Shown here one piece after another: positions 42,067 through 54,785 of a stretch of DNA of 64,000 bases. Origin of the DNA: Eledone cirrhosa. Lineage: Eukaryota. Every line of letters starts with the position of its first letter. Position 1 is the first letter of the stretch. The stretch lies in the NCBI GenBank assembly GCA_964016885.1, contig OZ024754.1:35650001-35714000 (forward strand), written 5' to 3'. Made by a program: the position numbers and the translations under genes. The notes below the pieces were generated by a model. It saw only the letters and a program-made list of their open reading frames with translations, searched no databases and was not told the DNA's origin.

Positions 42067-42664
42067 AATCACTGACGAAGGACTAATTTTATAATATGTG
42101 ACCCATGTGCAACCACGCAGTATTCTTCTTTCTTCTCATGTTTTTTAGATATATTTACCTCGGCTGCGTTTGTCTGTTTCTCTCTTACTGCTTCCCCGTT
42201 CTCTCTGTTGCTCTCACCTTCTTTCGCCCCTCTGTCAGTTACACTTTCTCTCGACTGACCTCTTCCTCGCACTTCCACTCACTCACTCTCTGTTTCTCCC
42301 CTTCTCACTTCCTCCCGTTTGGCTAGCAGTGGGTTCTCTTCTTGCTCACATCTCACTCACGTCTGACGGTCTGTATCTTGATCGCTCATGAAATCCACCC
42401 AGCTTATGCTGACCGGACAACCATGTTGCTTGTTTATTCCCATCTTTACGTTGCTTTCATCCTTCTATGTTGTTTACTTGTCTCACTCGCTTTACGCGAT
42501 TTACTTGTCCCAATAGCTTTTTTTAGTTATTGCTCGCACCAACCTGAGGTATATGATTTTTAATGCGATGAAATATCAATGATGGTTGGCAAATCACTGA
42601 CGAAGGACTAATTTTATCATATGTAACCCATGTGCAACCACGCAGTATTCTTCTTTCTTCTCAT

Positions 42665-42668
<4 letters not shown>
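42065..42668 (+). mobile_element. (TA)n-flanked element with a terminal direct repeat of about 77 bp (period 525); related sequence at about 18990-19120
   Basis: AAATCACTGACGAAGGACTAATTTT..CTTCTCATGTTT at 42066 and 42591. Confidence 0.75.
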
Positions 42669-42711
<43 letters not shown>

Positions 42712-42860
42712 AATTAAAATACTAGAGTGTGTTGGAGTTAAACACCCTTTTCATATTATAGAAATGACAGTATGAGATATAGCTCAATGTAATTAAACAG
42801 AGCCGAAGAATTATAAAAAATAAACCAAAGAAGCCTTCAATACATCAAAAGTCTTTATTA

Positions 42861-42898
42861 GCCAACAATGTTTCGTCCTATTAAGGACTCATCAGGGC
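42861..42898 (-). ncRNA. Hammerhead-like motif at the 5' end of a (TA)n-flanked element (42708-42902)
   Basis: Minus strand gcc CTGATGA gtcc-ttaata-ggac GAAA c-att-g TT ggc; downstream GGCTC-tgtttaattacatt-GAGCT stem-loop. Confidence 0.72.
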
Positions 42899-42899
42899 A

Positions 42900-42973
<74 letters not shown>

Positions 42974-42978
<5 letters not shown>

Positions 42979-43738
42979 TATGAAGAGAGAAGAAACATTT
43001 AGATATAATTAGTAATAAAATGTATCATACCTAAACTGTTCCTAAATTCCTCGACTACGTAGTTTCGTGGCATAAACAAAAACAATATATCAAAGATATA
43101 GAGTCCTTGCGAGGTCTGCCGACTTATCAAGAGGATACCTCATTTTACTAGTCTCAAGAACGCGTCTACACGACGTGAGAAAGAATCCCAAAAGGCGGAG
43201 GGGGAGATAGTCACGCGATATAACGGTCGAGAAACAGAGCTAAGCCTCTTATAACCACGAAAAAAATACCACGGAGGCGGAGGGGGTATTCATATCGAGG
43301 CCGTAGAAGAGGTAGTGAAGAAGGCGAGAAGTATGAGTAATGGAAGCTTTCCAGTTGTCCCCACACTTCAAAGATTGCTCGACCAGAGGGAGTTATTAAT
43401 ACATTTAGAAACACACAGATACATGCGGACACACACATATATACATGAATGCATCCGCACCCAACTGTGAGTTAAGGGTGCCAACTTCACCGATGTTGCT
43501 CAATGAATGACTGGGACAGACCAATTCAGTTTGAACCAGACTGAACCAGTATCAGAGTTAAAAATACATTATGAAGAGAGAAGAAACATTTAGATATAAT
43601 TAGTAATAAAATGTATCATACCTAAACTGTTCCTAAATTCCTCGACTACGTAATTTCGTGGCATAAACAAAAACAATATATCAAAGATATAGAGTCCTTG
43701 CGAGGTCTGCCGACTTATCAAGAGGATACCTCATTTTA
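42974..43738 (-). mobile_element. Family R 1.3-mer (591-nt unit) carrying two U3-A8 hammerheads (43048-43135, 43639-43726)
   Basis: Direct repeat 42974-43148 / 43565-43738, with TA arrays on both sides. Confidence 0.82.
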
Positions 43739-43819
43739 TATATATACATATATATCGACAGTCGATCGACTTTCGTCAAATCGGACCGATGAAACAAGGT
43801 CCCCAATGATCTTTCTAGT

Positions 43820-43959
43820 CGTTTCGACAGCCAGATCTGAAGAGATCTAGCTGTCGAAACGGCCGGAGCTCTTTTCCTATTACTCACTCTACTACCCATG
43901 GTATCGAGTACTCTAGTGCGTTATGGTCCACTTGGTTCCTTACCACACTTCCTTCGTTA
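43820..43959 (+). mobile_element. Family H divergent copy
   Basis: GTTTCGACAGC-CAGATCT-GAAG-AGATCT-AGCTGTCGAAAC plus tail; contains CTGAAGA gat..gtc GAAA cggccg. Confidence 0.8.
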
Positions 43960-43974
43960 TGCACACACACGCAA

Positions 43975-44081
<107 letters not shown>

Positions 44082-44260
44082 AATACATAGATATATACAC
44101 ACATATATGTATATTCACACACACACACACACAAATATATATATATAACGTTTTTTGAAATATCCAGTTCTGCGTTTACAGATTGACTTTGTTAGTTTCA
44201 GAAGATCCCGTTAAGGGTGAAAGCAGCGATTCTTTGCTTAAACTTTAATCTGTTATTTTA

Positions 44261-44293
<33 letters not shown>

Positions 44294-44296
<3 letters not shown>

Positions 44297-44412
44297 CGAA
44301 GGAAATGTGGTAAGGAACCAGGTGGACCATAACGCACCAAAGTACTCAATACTTAGGGTAGTAGAGTGGGTAATAGGAACCAGTAAGACCCCGGGGTCTT
44401 ACTGGTTCCTAT
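44294..44412 (-). mobile_element. Family H copy with a loopless 40-bp perfect palindrome
   Basis: ATAGGAACCAGTAAGACCCC|GGGGTCTTACTGGTTCCTAT (44373-44412) plus tail. Confidence 0.9.
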
Positions 44413-44728
44413 ATATATATATATATATATATACAAATACATAGATATATACACACATATATGTATATGCACACACACACACACATATATATATACATAT
44501 ATACATATATACATACCTACATATTTACGTATATACGTGTGCAAGCGTTGGGGGGGGGGTATGTAATGGTGCAGATGATCCGAATATTCCTCCTATGGAA
44601 ACTTTCCCTTTCATCTTTCCGTGATCTAATAGATCGATATAATAAGTATCATTCATATACTTGACTCTATTTAATCAACTTTACCTCGATTTTGCCTACA
44701 GATTCGCAACCTCATGTTAATAAGAGAA

Positions 44729-44780
<52 letters not shown>

Positions 44781-44799
44781 CGATTGTCTATCTAAAGGC

Positions 44800-44874
<75 letters not shown>

Positions 44875-44977
44875 TATGCCTTTAGATAAACAATCGAAAA
44901 AAAAAATGATACAGCAACATGAATGGACCTGTTATTTCTCTCTGATTCAGCTCTGCCAGTACCCTCAAGCTTTCTAT

Positions 44978-45080
44978 TTCTTCTGATGAAGGATACGCGT
45001 CCGAAACGTTCAGACCCTCTTCCTGCTATTTCAAGCGTTAAACTAAATTATTCGTTCAAAATACTGTACCGATTGTGTTG

Positions 45081-45083
<3 letters not shown>
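44978..45083 (+). ncRNA. Minimal hammerhead plus tail, family P
   Basis: tct t CTGATGA a gga-tacgcg-tcc GAAA cg TTC aga. Confidence 0.68.
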
Positions 45084-45120
<37 letters not shown>

Positions 45121-45211
45121 ATATATATATGTGTATATATGTATGTATATATATATATATATATATGTATGTATATGTGTATGTATATATATATACATAT
45201 ATATATATATG

Positions 45212-45316
<105 letters not shown>

Positions 45317-45317
45317 G

Positions 45318-45419
<102 letters not shown>

Positions 45420-45425
45420 AATATA

Positions 45426-46120
45426 TATATAGAATTCACATGAATCAAAGTTCTGTTCAAACCATTTATTAGCTTACAATTGTTTCATCCAAACCGAGGA
45501 TTGGAGTCTTCGGAGCATTTTTCAATATTTGTTTACATACATGACCTCCTTTCCAACACAAGAGACATACAGATACATATGTATATATTGATGCACACTG
45601 AGGTGACATCCATTATATTATTTCTGAATGGCAATTTAAATTCAAAAATTAAAATCATATTAAAACATGTTACAACTGTCTACGTTGTATTTTAATTTTA
45701 ATTTTGCTTTGATTCTGTTTTAATATGATTTTAATTTTTGAATTTAAATTGTCATTCAGAAATAATATAATGGATGTCACCCCACTGTGCATCAATATAT
45801 ACATATGTATCCGTATGTCTCTTGTGTTGGAAAGGAGGTCATGTATGTAAACAAATATTGAAAAATGCTCCGAAGATTCCAATCCTCGGTTTGGATGAAA
45901 CAATTGTAAGCTAATAAATGGTTTGAACAGAACTTTGATTCATGTGAATTCTATATAACTGCTCTACAGAACAACTGATGTTATTACATTGAGCTATTTA
46001 TCTTACTGGTAATAAGGTAGTAATATATTACTGTCTTTCACTGTTTAGGGTTTAAAATATATATAACTATAAAAAGTTTTAGTATATACATAACCATAAA
46101 TAGTATCCTTAATACTATAA
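45426..46120 (+). mobile_element. Fold-back element: arms of about 240 bp (45426-45667, 45716-45957) with hammerhead, plus tail
   Basis: Near-perfect inverted repeat; HHR at 45867-45911 gct CCGAAGA t tccaa..ttgga t GAAA caattg TA agc; tail GCTC..GAGC. Confidence 0.8.
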
Positions 46121-46159
46121 ATATATATATATGTATGTATACATGTATATATACATTTG

Positions 46160-46748
46160 TCAGGTCACCAGTTGGTGTTACTGGTAACATGTATCCCAGT
46201 ACAACCTGTCCCATGGTCGCGTCGTTGGCGACTAAACTGGCAACCCCACCAAGGTTTCTTGGTGAGGAGGGTGACTTTGGACATCCTGCAGGACTAAAAA
46301 CAAAACCTGTCAAAGGGCAAAGGAGCTCTTTAGAGTCAATGGCCATCCAAAATCACTGGGAGAGATGACCCCTTAGCCTTTGTCAAGGCAGAATTCTAGG
46401 AGAAAGAAAACTCTGATATAACACCTGCAACCCTGATGGTATCCAATGATGTTGACTTGTTCTTCTTTTTGGTAAATATTTCTTGGTTAAGAGAGTGTGA
46501 CTGGCTTTGTGCAGTGCCTTTGCTCACTATAAAAGCTTCACGGCACAGGCATTGCTTTATATCTGGAGATCTCTGATCTCTCTGCACTTGTCGTCACATG
46601 TGTCAATAATTGTCGCAAGTGTAGTGTTTGTACCAGAGTTTTCAAGTCGCTGGCTGGACTAAAAAGTCACACTCGTTCAGCGCATTGGTAGGGGTTCTCC
46701 TACATGGATATAAAGTAGTGGCCGTACTCGAAAACGAGTTGGCAGCCA

Positions 46749-46751
<3 letters not shown>
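46160..46751 (+). mobile_element. Unclassified repeat of about 600 bp (copy of 17793-18403)
   Basis: High identity to the reverse complement of 17793-18403. Confidence 0.8.
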
Positions 46752-46790
<39 letters not shown>

Positions 46791-46827
46791 TTTCATTCAA
46801 ATTAAATCGACCAGCCACTCGCGACAT

Positions 46828-46988
46828 TGTTGCTGTTGTTGCTGCTGCTGCGGCTACTGTTGTAGTTGATGATGTTGCTGATGCTGTTACTACTACTACT
46901 TCTACTACTACTACTTCTACTACTACTACTACTACTATTACTACTTCTACTACTACTACTTCTACTACTACTTCTACTACTACTACTT

Positions 46989-47045
<57 letters not shown>

Positions 47046-47066
47046 TTACTGCTGCTGCTGCTGCTG

Positions 47067-47101
<35 letters not shown>

Positions 47102-47115
47102 GCTGCTGCTACTGT

Positions 47116-47167
<52 letters not shown>

Positions 47168-48188
47168 GCTGCTGTTTCTGTTGTTGTTACTGTTGTTGTA
47201 GCTGATGTTGCTGCTGCCGCTATTACTACTGCTGCTGTTACTATGGTGACAATATAGCTTCTACAACGCCATCTATGACATCCTTCTACAGCCAGTCAAA
47301 TAAAGACCGACTTCCTGTTACACCACTGTTAACGTTAGTGGTGGTGGTGGTGGGGGGAGTTGTTGTTGGTGGTGGTAGTGGTGGAGGTGGTGGTGGTGGT
47401 CGTGGTGGTGGTTGTGGTGGGGGTTGTGGTGGTGGTGGTGGTGGTGGTGGTGGTGGTGGTGGTGGTGGTGGTGGCAGTGGTGGTGGGGGGGGGGGGGGGG
47501 GGGGGGGTTGTGGTCGTGGAGGTTGGTGGTGGTGGAGGTTGTAGTGGTGGTGGTGGTGGTGGTTGGTGGTGGTTGTGGTCGTGGAGGTTGGTGGTGGTGG
47601 AGGTTGTAGTGGTGGTGGTGGTGGTGGTGGTGGTAGTGAGAATCTTGTTGGTATCGTTGCCCTCTCTTCTACTTCTACTTCTGCTGCTGCTGCTGCTGCT
47701 GCTGTTACTGCTGCTGCTGCTACTGCTGCTGCTGCTACTGCTGCTGCTACTATTGTAATTCCTTGCGTATTGTTGCGGTTGCTTTTGCTTCAGTTGTTAC
47801 TGCTGTTGCTTCCGATGATGAGGACGCGATGGTGGTGGTGGTGGTGGTAGTGGTGGTGGTGGTAGTGGTGGTGGTGGTAGTGGTGGTGGTGGGATGGTGG
47901 TGGTGGTGGTGGTGGTGGTGGTTAGTGGCGGGGGGTATGGTGGTGGTGGTAGTGGTGGTTGTGGTGGTATGGTGGTGGTGGTGGTGTTGGTGGCGGTGGT
48001 GGGATGGTGTTTGGGCGGATGGTGGGGGGGGGGGGGGGGGGGGTGTTGATCTTTGTGTTGGGGGGTGATGGTTTTTGCTGATGGCTTCATTATCAATGTG
48101 TGGTGGTTGAAGTGATGCTGGTGATGATGCTGACCATAGTGATGATAGTGATCGCAATACAACACTTGTTGTCACTACCACAACAACA

Positions 48189-48238
<50 letters not shown>

Positions 48239-48248
48239 GACAACCACA

Positions 48249-48283
<35 letters not shown>

Positions 48284-48326
48284 GACAACTACTACTACTA
48301 CTACTACGACAACTACTACTACTAAT

Positions 48327-48359
<33 letters not shown>

Positions 48360-48398
48360 GACAACTACTACTACTACTACGACAACTACTACAACTAT

Positions 48399-48440
<42 letters not shown>

Positions 48441-48444
48441 CACA

Positions 48445-48479
<35 letters not shown>

Positions 48480-48485
48480 CACAAC

Positions 48486-48549
<64 letters not shown>

Positions 48550-48614
48550 TTTACTACTACCACAACTACTACTAATACTACTACTACTACTACTACCACT
48601 ACTACTACTACTAT

Positions 48615-48698
<84 letters not shown>

Positions 48699-49655
48699 CT
48701 ACCACCACCACCACCACCACCACCACCACCACCACCACCACCACCACCACCACCACCACCACTACTACTACTACTACAACTGCTGCTGCTGCACTGCTGC
48801 TAGTGCTGCTGCTGTTATTGCTGCTGCTATTTGTCAATGTTGCAGTTATTGAGATAACAGCTGTTGCTGTTGCTGCTGCTGTTGTTATTGTTGCTGCTGC
48901 TGCTGTTGTTATTGTTGCTGCTGCTGCTGTTGTTGTTGATGCTGTTGCTGCTGCTGTTGGTGATGGTGTTGCTGCTGCTGTTGTTATTGTTGCTGCTGCT
49001 GCTGTTGTTGATGGTGTTGCTGCTGCTGTTGTTGATGGTGTTGCTGCTGCTGTTGTTATTGTTGCTGCTGCTGCTGCTGTTGTTGTGATGGTCTTGCTGC
49101 TGCTGTTGTTGATGGTGTTACTGCTGTTGTTGTTATTGTTGCTGCTGCTGCTGTTGTTGTTGATGGTGTTGCTGCTGCTGTTGCTGTTGCTGCTGCTGTT
49201 GTTGTTGTTATTGTTGCTTCTGCTGCTGCTGTTGTTGATGCTGTTGCTGCTGCTGTTGTTATTGATGATGTTGCTGCTGTTATTGTTGTTGCTGTTGTTG
49301 CTGTTACTATTGCTGCTGTTGCTGCTGTTAATATTGCTGCTGTTGGTGTTACTATTGCTGCTGTTACTGCTGTTATTGTTGTTGGTGTTACTATTGCTGC
49401 TGTCGTTGTTGCTGCTGTTACTGCTGGTGGTGCTGTTGTTGCTGCTGGCGTTGTTGCTGCTGTTACTGCCGGTGGTGCTGTTGTTGCTGCTGCTGGCGTT
49501 GTTGCTGCTGTTACTGCCGGTGGTGCTGTTGTTGCTGCTGTCGTTGTTGCTGCTGTTATTGCTGTTGTTATTGGTTTTGGTGGTGCTGCTATTGCTGTTG
49601 TTGTTGTTGTTGTTGCTGTTACTGTTGCTGTTGCTGTTGTTGTTGTTGTTGTTGA
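46828..49655. repeat. Compound trinucleotide microsatellites (ACT, GGT, GCT/GTT, ACC)
   Basis: Source of the poly-T/L/V/G/W ORFs. Confidence 0.92.
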
Positions 49656-50250
49656 TATGTAGTTAAAGGTGTTTTAATGAGAGAAATCATAGGGATGCCG
49701 GACCAAACGAATACCTTTGACTTTATATTTACTATCGTTCGGCACTTTATATTCGGATAATTAAAATCCTGATGCAGTAGATAAAAACGTACCAGTACTA
49801 TACTGACTGGTACTTTATTTATCGACCTCGAAGGGATGACGGGCAAAAATTGCCCATGCAAGATTTGAACTCGAGGCACTGAGAGATTGAACAAAAACGA
49901 AGACATTAAATTGGAGGCCGCTAACGACACTGCCAAGTTACAGCTATCACTTATTCAAACAACAAGTATATTATTCATAAGACAATTGGCTCATAAACTA
50001 TGGAACGACATTAAAGACAAAATCTATTATATATATAACATTTATATTATCTTATTATCCGCCAGACAATTGACTGGTAAATGAATATTTTAAATTGAAT
50101 ATGATACATACGCACACACAATCACACATACATACACACACATAGAAACACGCACACACACTAATACACACACATACACACACACAAACATACACACACA
50201 CACATACACACACACATATACACATGCACTCTCACACATACATATATATG

Positions 50251-50582
50251 TAATATATAAGATCAAAAGATGGTTAACAGAGTTCCATGTATTTTATTAT
50301 GCGCATTTCAAAAACAAATATCATCATGCAATAACATTTGTGTTTTCATCAGATAAAATAGGAAACCTTCATATCATGTCTTCCTATTTTATCTGATGAA
50401 AACACAAATGTTATTGCATGATGATATTTGTTTTTGAAATGCGCATAATAAAATACATGGAACTCTTTTAACCATCTTTTGATCTTATATATTATGTATA
50501 CTCCAGTCCTACCAACTGTAGAGTGCTTCTTATCCGATATCTGCATTGCTTTATTGTACTACAATAAAACTCACCTCCTACA
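50251..50582 (+). mobile_element. Fold-back element: arms of about 114 bp (50251-50364, 50381-50494) plus 88-nt tail
   Basis: Inverted repeat; tail TATACTCCAGTCCTACCAACTGTAGAGTGCTT..(TA)n. Confidence 0.85.
50385..50455 (+). ncRNA. Type I hammerhead ribozyme (mirror copy on - strand at 50290-50360)
   Basis: tattttat CTGATGA aaac acaaatgttat..atatttgt tttt GAAA tgcgca TA ataaaata: 8-bp stem I, canonical core, palindromic stem III. Confidence 0.8.
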
Positions 50583-50747
50583 TATATATATATGTATTCA
50601 GTTCCATTTTGTATTTGTATTTTGAGATACATGACGTGAACTCGTGTGTCGAAACAGATACTATTATACTTTGGGTGGGTCATTCTGCCAAATAAAACAC
50701 ACGCACCGGTGATTTTCACTTCTGTTTTACCAGTAGTCAAGTAATTG

Positions 50748-50972
50748 AGGCTGGTGGATTGGCAGAATCGTTAGAGCGTCATAGAAAATGTTTTGTGGCT
50801 TTTATATACGTCTCTTTACGTTATGGATTCAAATTCCATCCAGGTCATTTTTGCCTTTCATGTTTCCAAGGCCCATAAACTGAAATAAAATGCCAGTAAT
50901 ACTTGGGTTGATATAATCGCCTTCCCCTTCCCCATATATTATTAACCATGAGCCAAAATTAGAAATCATTAT
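50748..50972 (+). mobile_element. SINE A diverged copy, nested in a family Q remnant
   Basis: TGGCAGAATCGTTAGAGCGTC..GCCTTTCAT..AATTAGAAATCATTATT; flanks 50663-50740 and 50975-51070 match 60810-60970. Confidence 0.65.
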
Positions 50973-51394
50973 TGGTCAGAAAACTAATGCATGCCTCAGG
51001 TAGTTTTCTATCTGGATGGTTATTCAATTGCCAAAACTCTTTCGTCACACCCTCTGTGACATTCTCAATGATTATTCTCGCTCCTCTGTATCTCCTCATT
51101 ATTTTAATTTTGTTTTATTTACTCCATACCAGTCTTTCTGTAAATATTGTTATTAATTATTCTTCAGTCGATATAATCGACAATTGCTTTCACACGAATT
51201 TTTACTCTGTAAAATAATCATTATTACATCATCCTCATCATCACCATCATCATCATCATTAACACCACCATCGTCATCATCATCATCATCATCATTGTCA
51301 TCATCATTGTCATTACCATTATCATCATCATCATCATCGTTGTTGTTGTTAGTATTATTACAGTTGCTATTTTCGATCTTGTTATTAGGCTTTT

Positions 51395-51845
51395 GTTGTT
51401 GGTGGTGGTGGTGTAGGTTTGTGTTGTTGTTGTTGTTGGTGGTGGTGGTGTAGGTTTGTGTTGTTGTTGTTGGTGGTGGTGGTGGTGTAGGTTTGTGTTG
51501 TTGTTGTTGGTGGTGGTGGTGGTGTAGGTTTGTGTTGTTGTTGTTGTTGGTGGTGGTAGTGGTGGTGTAGGTTTGTGTTGTTGTTGTTGTTGTTGGTGGT
51601 AGTGGTGGTGTAGGTTTGTGTTGTTGTTGTTGTTGGTGGTGGTAGTGGTGGTGTAGGTTTGTGTTGTTGTTGTTGGTGGTGGTGGTGGTGTAGGTTTGTG
51701 TTGTTGTTGTTGTTGGTGGTAGTGGTGGTGTAGGTTTGTGTTGTTGTTGTTGGTGGTGGTGGTGGCGGTGTAGGTTTGTGTTGTTGTTGGTGGTGGTGGT
51801 GTAGGTTTGTGTTGTTGTTGTTGGTGGTGGTGGTGTAGGTTTGTG

Positions 51846-51877
<32 letters not shown>

Positions 51878-52064
51878 GGTGGTGTAGGTTTGTGTTGTTG
51901 TTGTTGGTGGTGTAGGTTTGTGTTGTTGTTGTTGTTGTTGGTGGTGGTGGTGTAGGTTTGTGTTGTTGTTGTTGGTGGTGGTGTAGGTTTGTGTTGTTGT
52001 TGGTGGTGGTGGTGGTGGTGTAGGTTTGTGTTGTTGTTGTTGTTGGTGGTGGTGTAGGTTTGTG

Positions 52065-52096
<32 letters not shown>

Positions 52097-52385
52097 GGTG
52101 TAGGTTTGTGTTGTTGTTGTTGTTGGTGGTGGTGGTGTAGGTTTGTGTTGTTGTTGTTGGTGGTGGTGGTGTAGGTTTGTGTTGTTGTTGTTGGTGGTGG
52201 TGGTGTATGTTTGTGTTGTTGTTGTTGGTGGTGGTGGTGTAGGTTTGTGTTGTTGTTGTTGTTGTTGGTGGTGGTGTAGGTTTGTGTTGTTGTTGTTGTT
52301 GTTGTTGGTGGTGGTGGTGTAAGTTTGTGTTGTTGTTGTTGTTGGTGGTGGTGGTGGCGGTGGTACAGGTTTGTGTTGTTGTAGT
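51395..52385. repeat. Variable-length repeat (GGT)n-GTAGGTTTGT-(GTT)n
   Basis: Fixed 10-nt core between two slipping trinucleotide runs. Confidence 0.92.
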
Positions 52386-52999
52386 TGTTATTGTTACTGT
52401 AGTTATTATTATTAATGTTTGACAAATGGCTACCTCATATTGAACGTTAGTTCATAGTCAGCGTCTGACTAACAAAGTAATTGATAAATTTTTCTCCAGT
52501 AACACATCGTTGCGTCAAATCACAACAGATGTATTATAATACTTCCCAGCTTTATACTATGTTATATGTTGCTTAATAGCGTATAGTGATGTTGTTCACT
52601 GTGCGACAATTTCATTATTATACCTAGCCTGTGGCAATCCAATTTTCTGCCTATGCTATGCGGTTATGCTTTGTTATACTACTACAATGTTATCTGCTAC
52701 TCTGAACTAGTTAGTATATGTTTTACCTAGTCTAGTTGTGTATAGAATACGTCTAAAGCTCACCTCTTCTCTACATAGGAGCTTAAGAAGGGAAATGAAA
52801 AAGTGAGTGAGGGGAAGGAAGAGACAGAGAGAGAGGGGGAGAGAGATGGCAGGGGAGAGGGAGAAAGAGAGAGGGGGAGAGAGAAAGATAGGGAGTGAGG
52901 GAGAGAGAAAGATAAAATAGAGAGGGGAAGATAGAAAGGGAGTGAAAGAGAGATGAAGAGAGAGAAAATGAGAGAGAGGGGGGGGAGAAATAAAGTGAA

Positions 53000-53032
<33 letters not shown>

Positions 53033-53185
53033 AGATGAGATAGAGAGAGAGAGAAAGAGAGTGGGAGAGAGAGAGAAAGAGAGTGGGAGATAGAGAGAAG
53101 GAGAGGGAGTGAGAGTGAGAGAAAGAGAAAATAAGTGTGTATGAGAGATAGATAGACAGACAGATAGACAGATAGATAGATAGAT

Positions 53186-53257
<72 letters not shown>

Positions 53258-53654
53258 TAAGAGAGAGAGAATGAGGAAGAGAGAGAGAATGAAAGTTTTC
53301 TGAAAATGAATTCTCATAGTTTTTAAGAAGCCCCAACGAAAATTAATATGCTTCTTTATGGTGGAGCAGCAATTTTATCCGCCGCCGGGGCTGTGTGTGT
53401 TTGGGCGATCACGTATCGTTCCACTGAATCAAGTGTTTAAAGTTATTATAACTATACTACAGGATCTCTATCAATGAGAAGGTTTCAGCAATAATACTAC
53501 TTGAATCTGTGGTTTGTCTTTAGGTCTTTACCTCTCTTTTAGAACAGATGGGAAACGACGCTAGTTTAAAGATGGCGGTATTATAAAAAAAAACATGGCT
53601 TCCGCTTTATTGTTAATTACGGTAATATTTGTGATATTGTAGTAGTACTACTAC

Positions 53655-53719
<65 letters not shown>

Positions 53720-53881
53720 ATGGTGGTGGTGGTGGTGGTGGTGGTGGTGGTGGTGGTGGTGGTGGTGGTGGTGGTGGTGGTGGTGGTAGCAGTAGTGGTG
53801 GTGGTAGTGGTAGTATTAATAGTAGTAGTAGTAGTATTGGCAGTGGTGGTGTTGGCGGTGGTGGTAGCAGTGGTGGTGGTG

Positions 53882-53925
<44 letters not shown>

Positions 53926-54217
53926 TGTTGTTGTTGTTGGCGTTGTTACCACTGGTCTTGTGGTGTTGATATAGTTGATATAGTGTTGCTAGTGTTGTTG
54001 CTGTTACTGTTGTTGTCGTAGTTGCTGTTGTTGTTGTTGTCGTCGTAGTTGTTGTTATTTGAGCAGATACCATTAACTAAAGTGTTCCAGTCGTGACCAT
54101 CCCGTCTTCCTGTATAGCTGTAGAATCTCTACGAAACTCTATTGTGACGCCACTTCTTACTTTTATCGATCTCTGTTTGTCAACTGCTACGTTACGTGGC
54201 ATATACAAGAGCACACA

Positions 54218-54260
<43 letters not shown>

Positions 54261-54323
54261 ACACACACACAGACACACACACAGACACACACACACCCAC
54301 AGACACACACACAAATATAAATA

Positions 54324-54423
54324 TACAAGGTGTCCCCAAAACATGTATACACACTTCAACAGCATTCTAATAAATATTGCCTGTACAGGTAATCAAATTG
54401 TGTATACATTTTTGGGGGTGACC

Positions 54424-54428
<5 letters not shown>
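54324..54428. mobile_element. Tc1/mariner-type MITE of about 105 bp
   Basis: TACAAGGTGTCCCCAAAACATGTATACACA / TGTGTATACATTTTTGGGGGTGACCCTGTA, with TA ends. Confidence 0.75.
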
Positions 54429-54459
<31 letters not shown>

Positions 54460-54498
54460 GCCTATATATATGTCTATATATATGTGTCTATATATATC

Positions 54499-54536
<38 letters not shown>

Positions 54537-54537
54537 T

Positions 54538-54785
54538 CATCATCATCATCATTTAACATCTATCTTCCACGCTAGCATGGGTTTAGACGGAAATTGCCCC
54601 ACTTGGGGCAAGATTGGTTGTCTTGCTCGTGTAGGACTATCTGGCAGGTTTTCTACGGCTGGATGCCCTTCCTAACACCAACCACGTTTACAGTGTGGAC
54701 TGGGAGGTTTTTACCGTGTTACCTACACGGCCACATTACAGCGTGGACTGTGTGTGTGTTTTTTTTTGTTGTGGCACCTACACGT
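54538..54785 (-). mobile_element. 3' UTR fragment of the RTE-type LINE seen at 16640-17006
   Basis: (CAT)n plus GCATGGGTTT..GGATGCCCTTCCTAACACCAACCAC. Confidence 0.8.

Noticed and set aside
44196-44232. CAGAAGA-tccc..gggt-GAAA motif
   Set aside because: U4A core change and no stem I or III support; at best decayed
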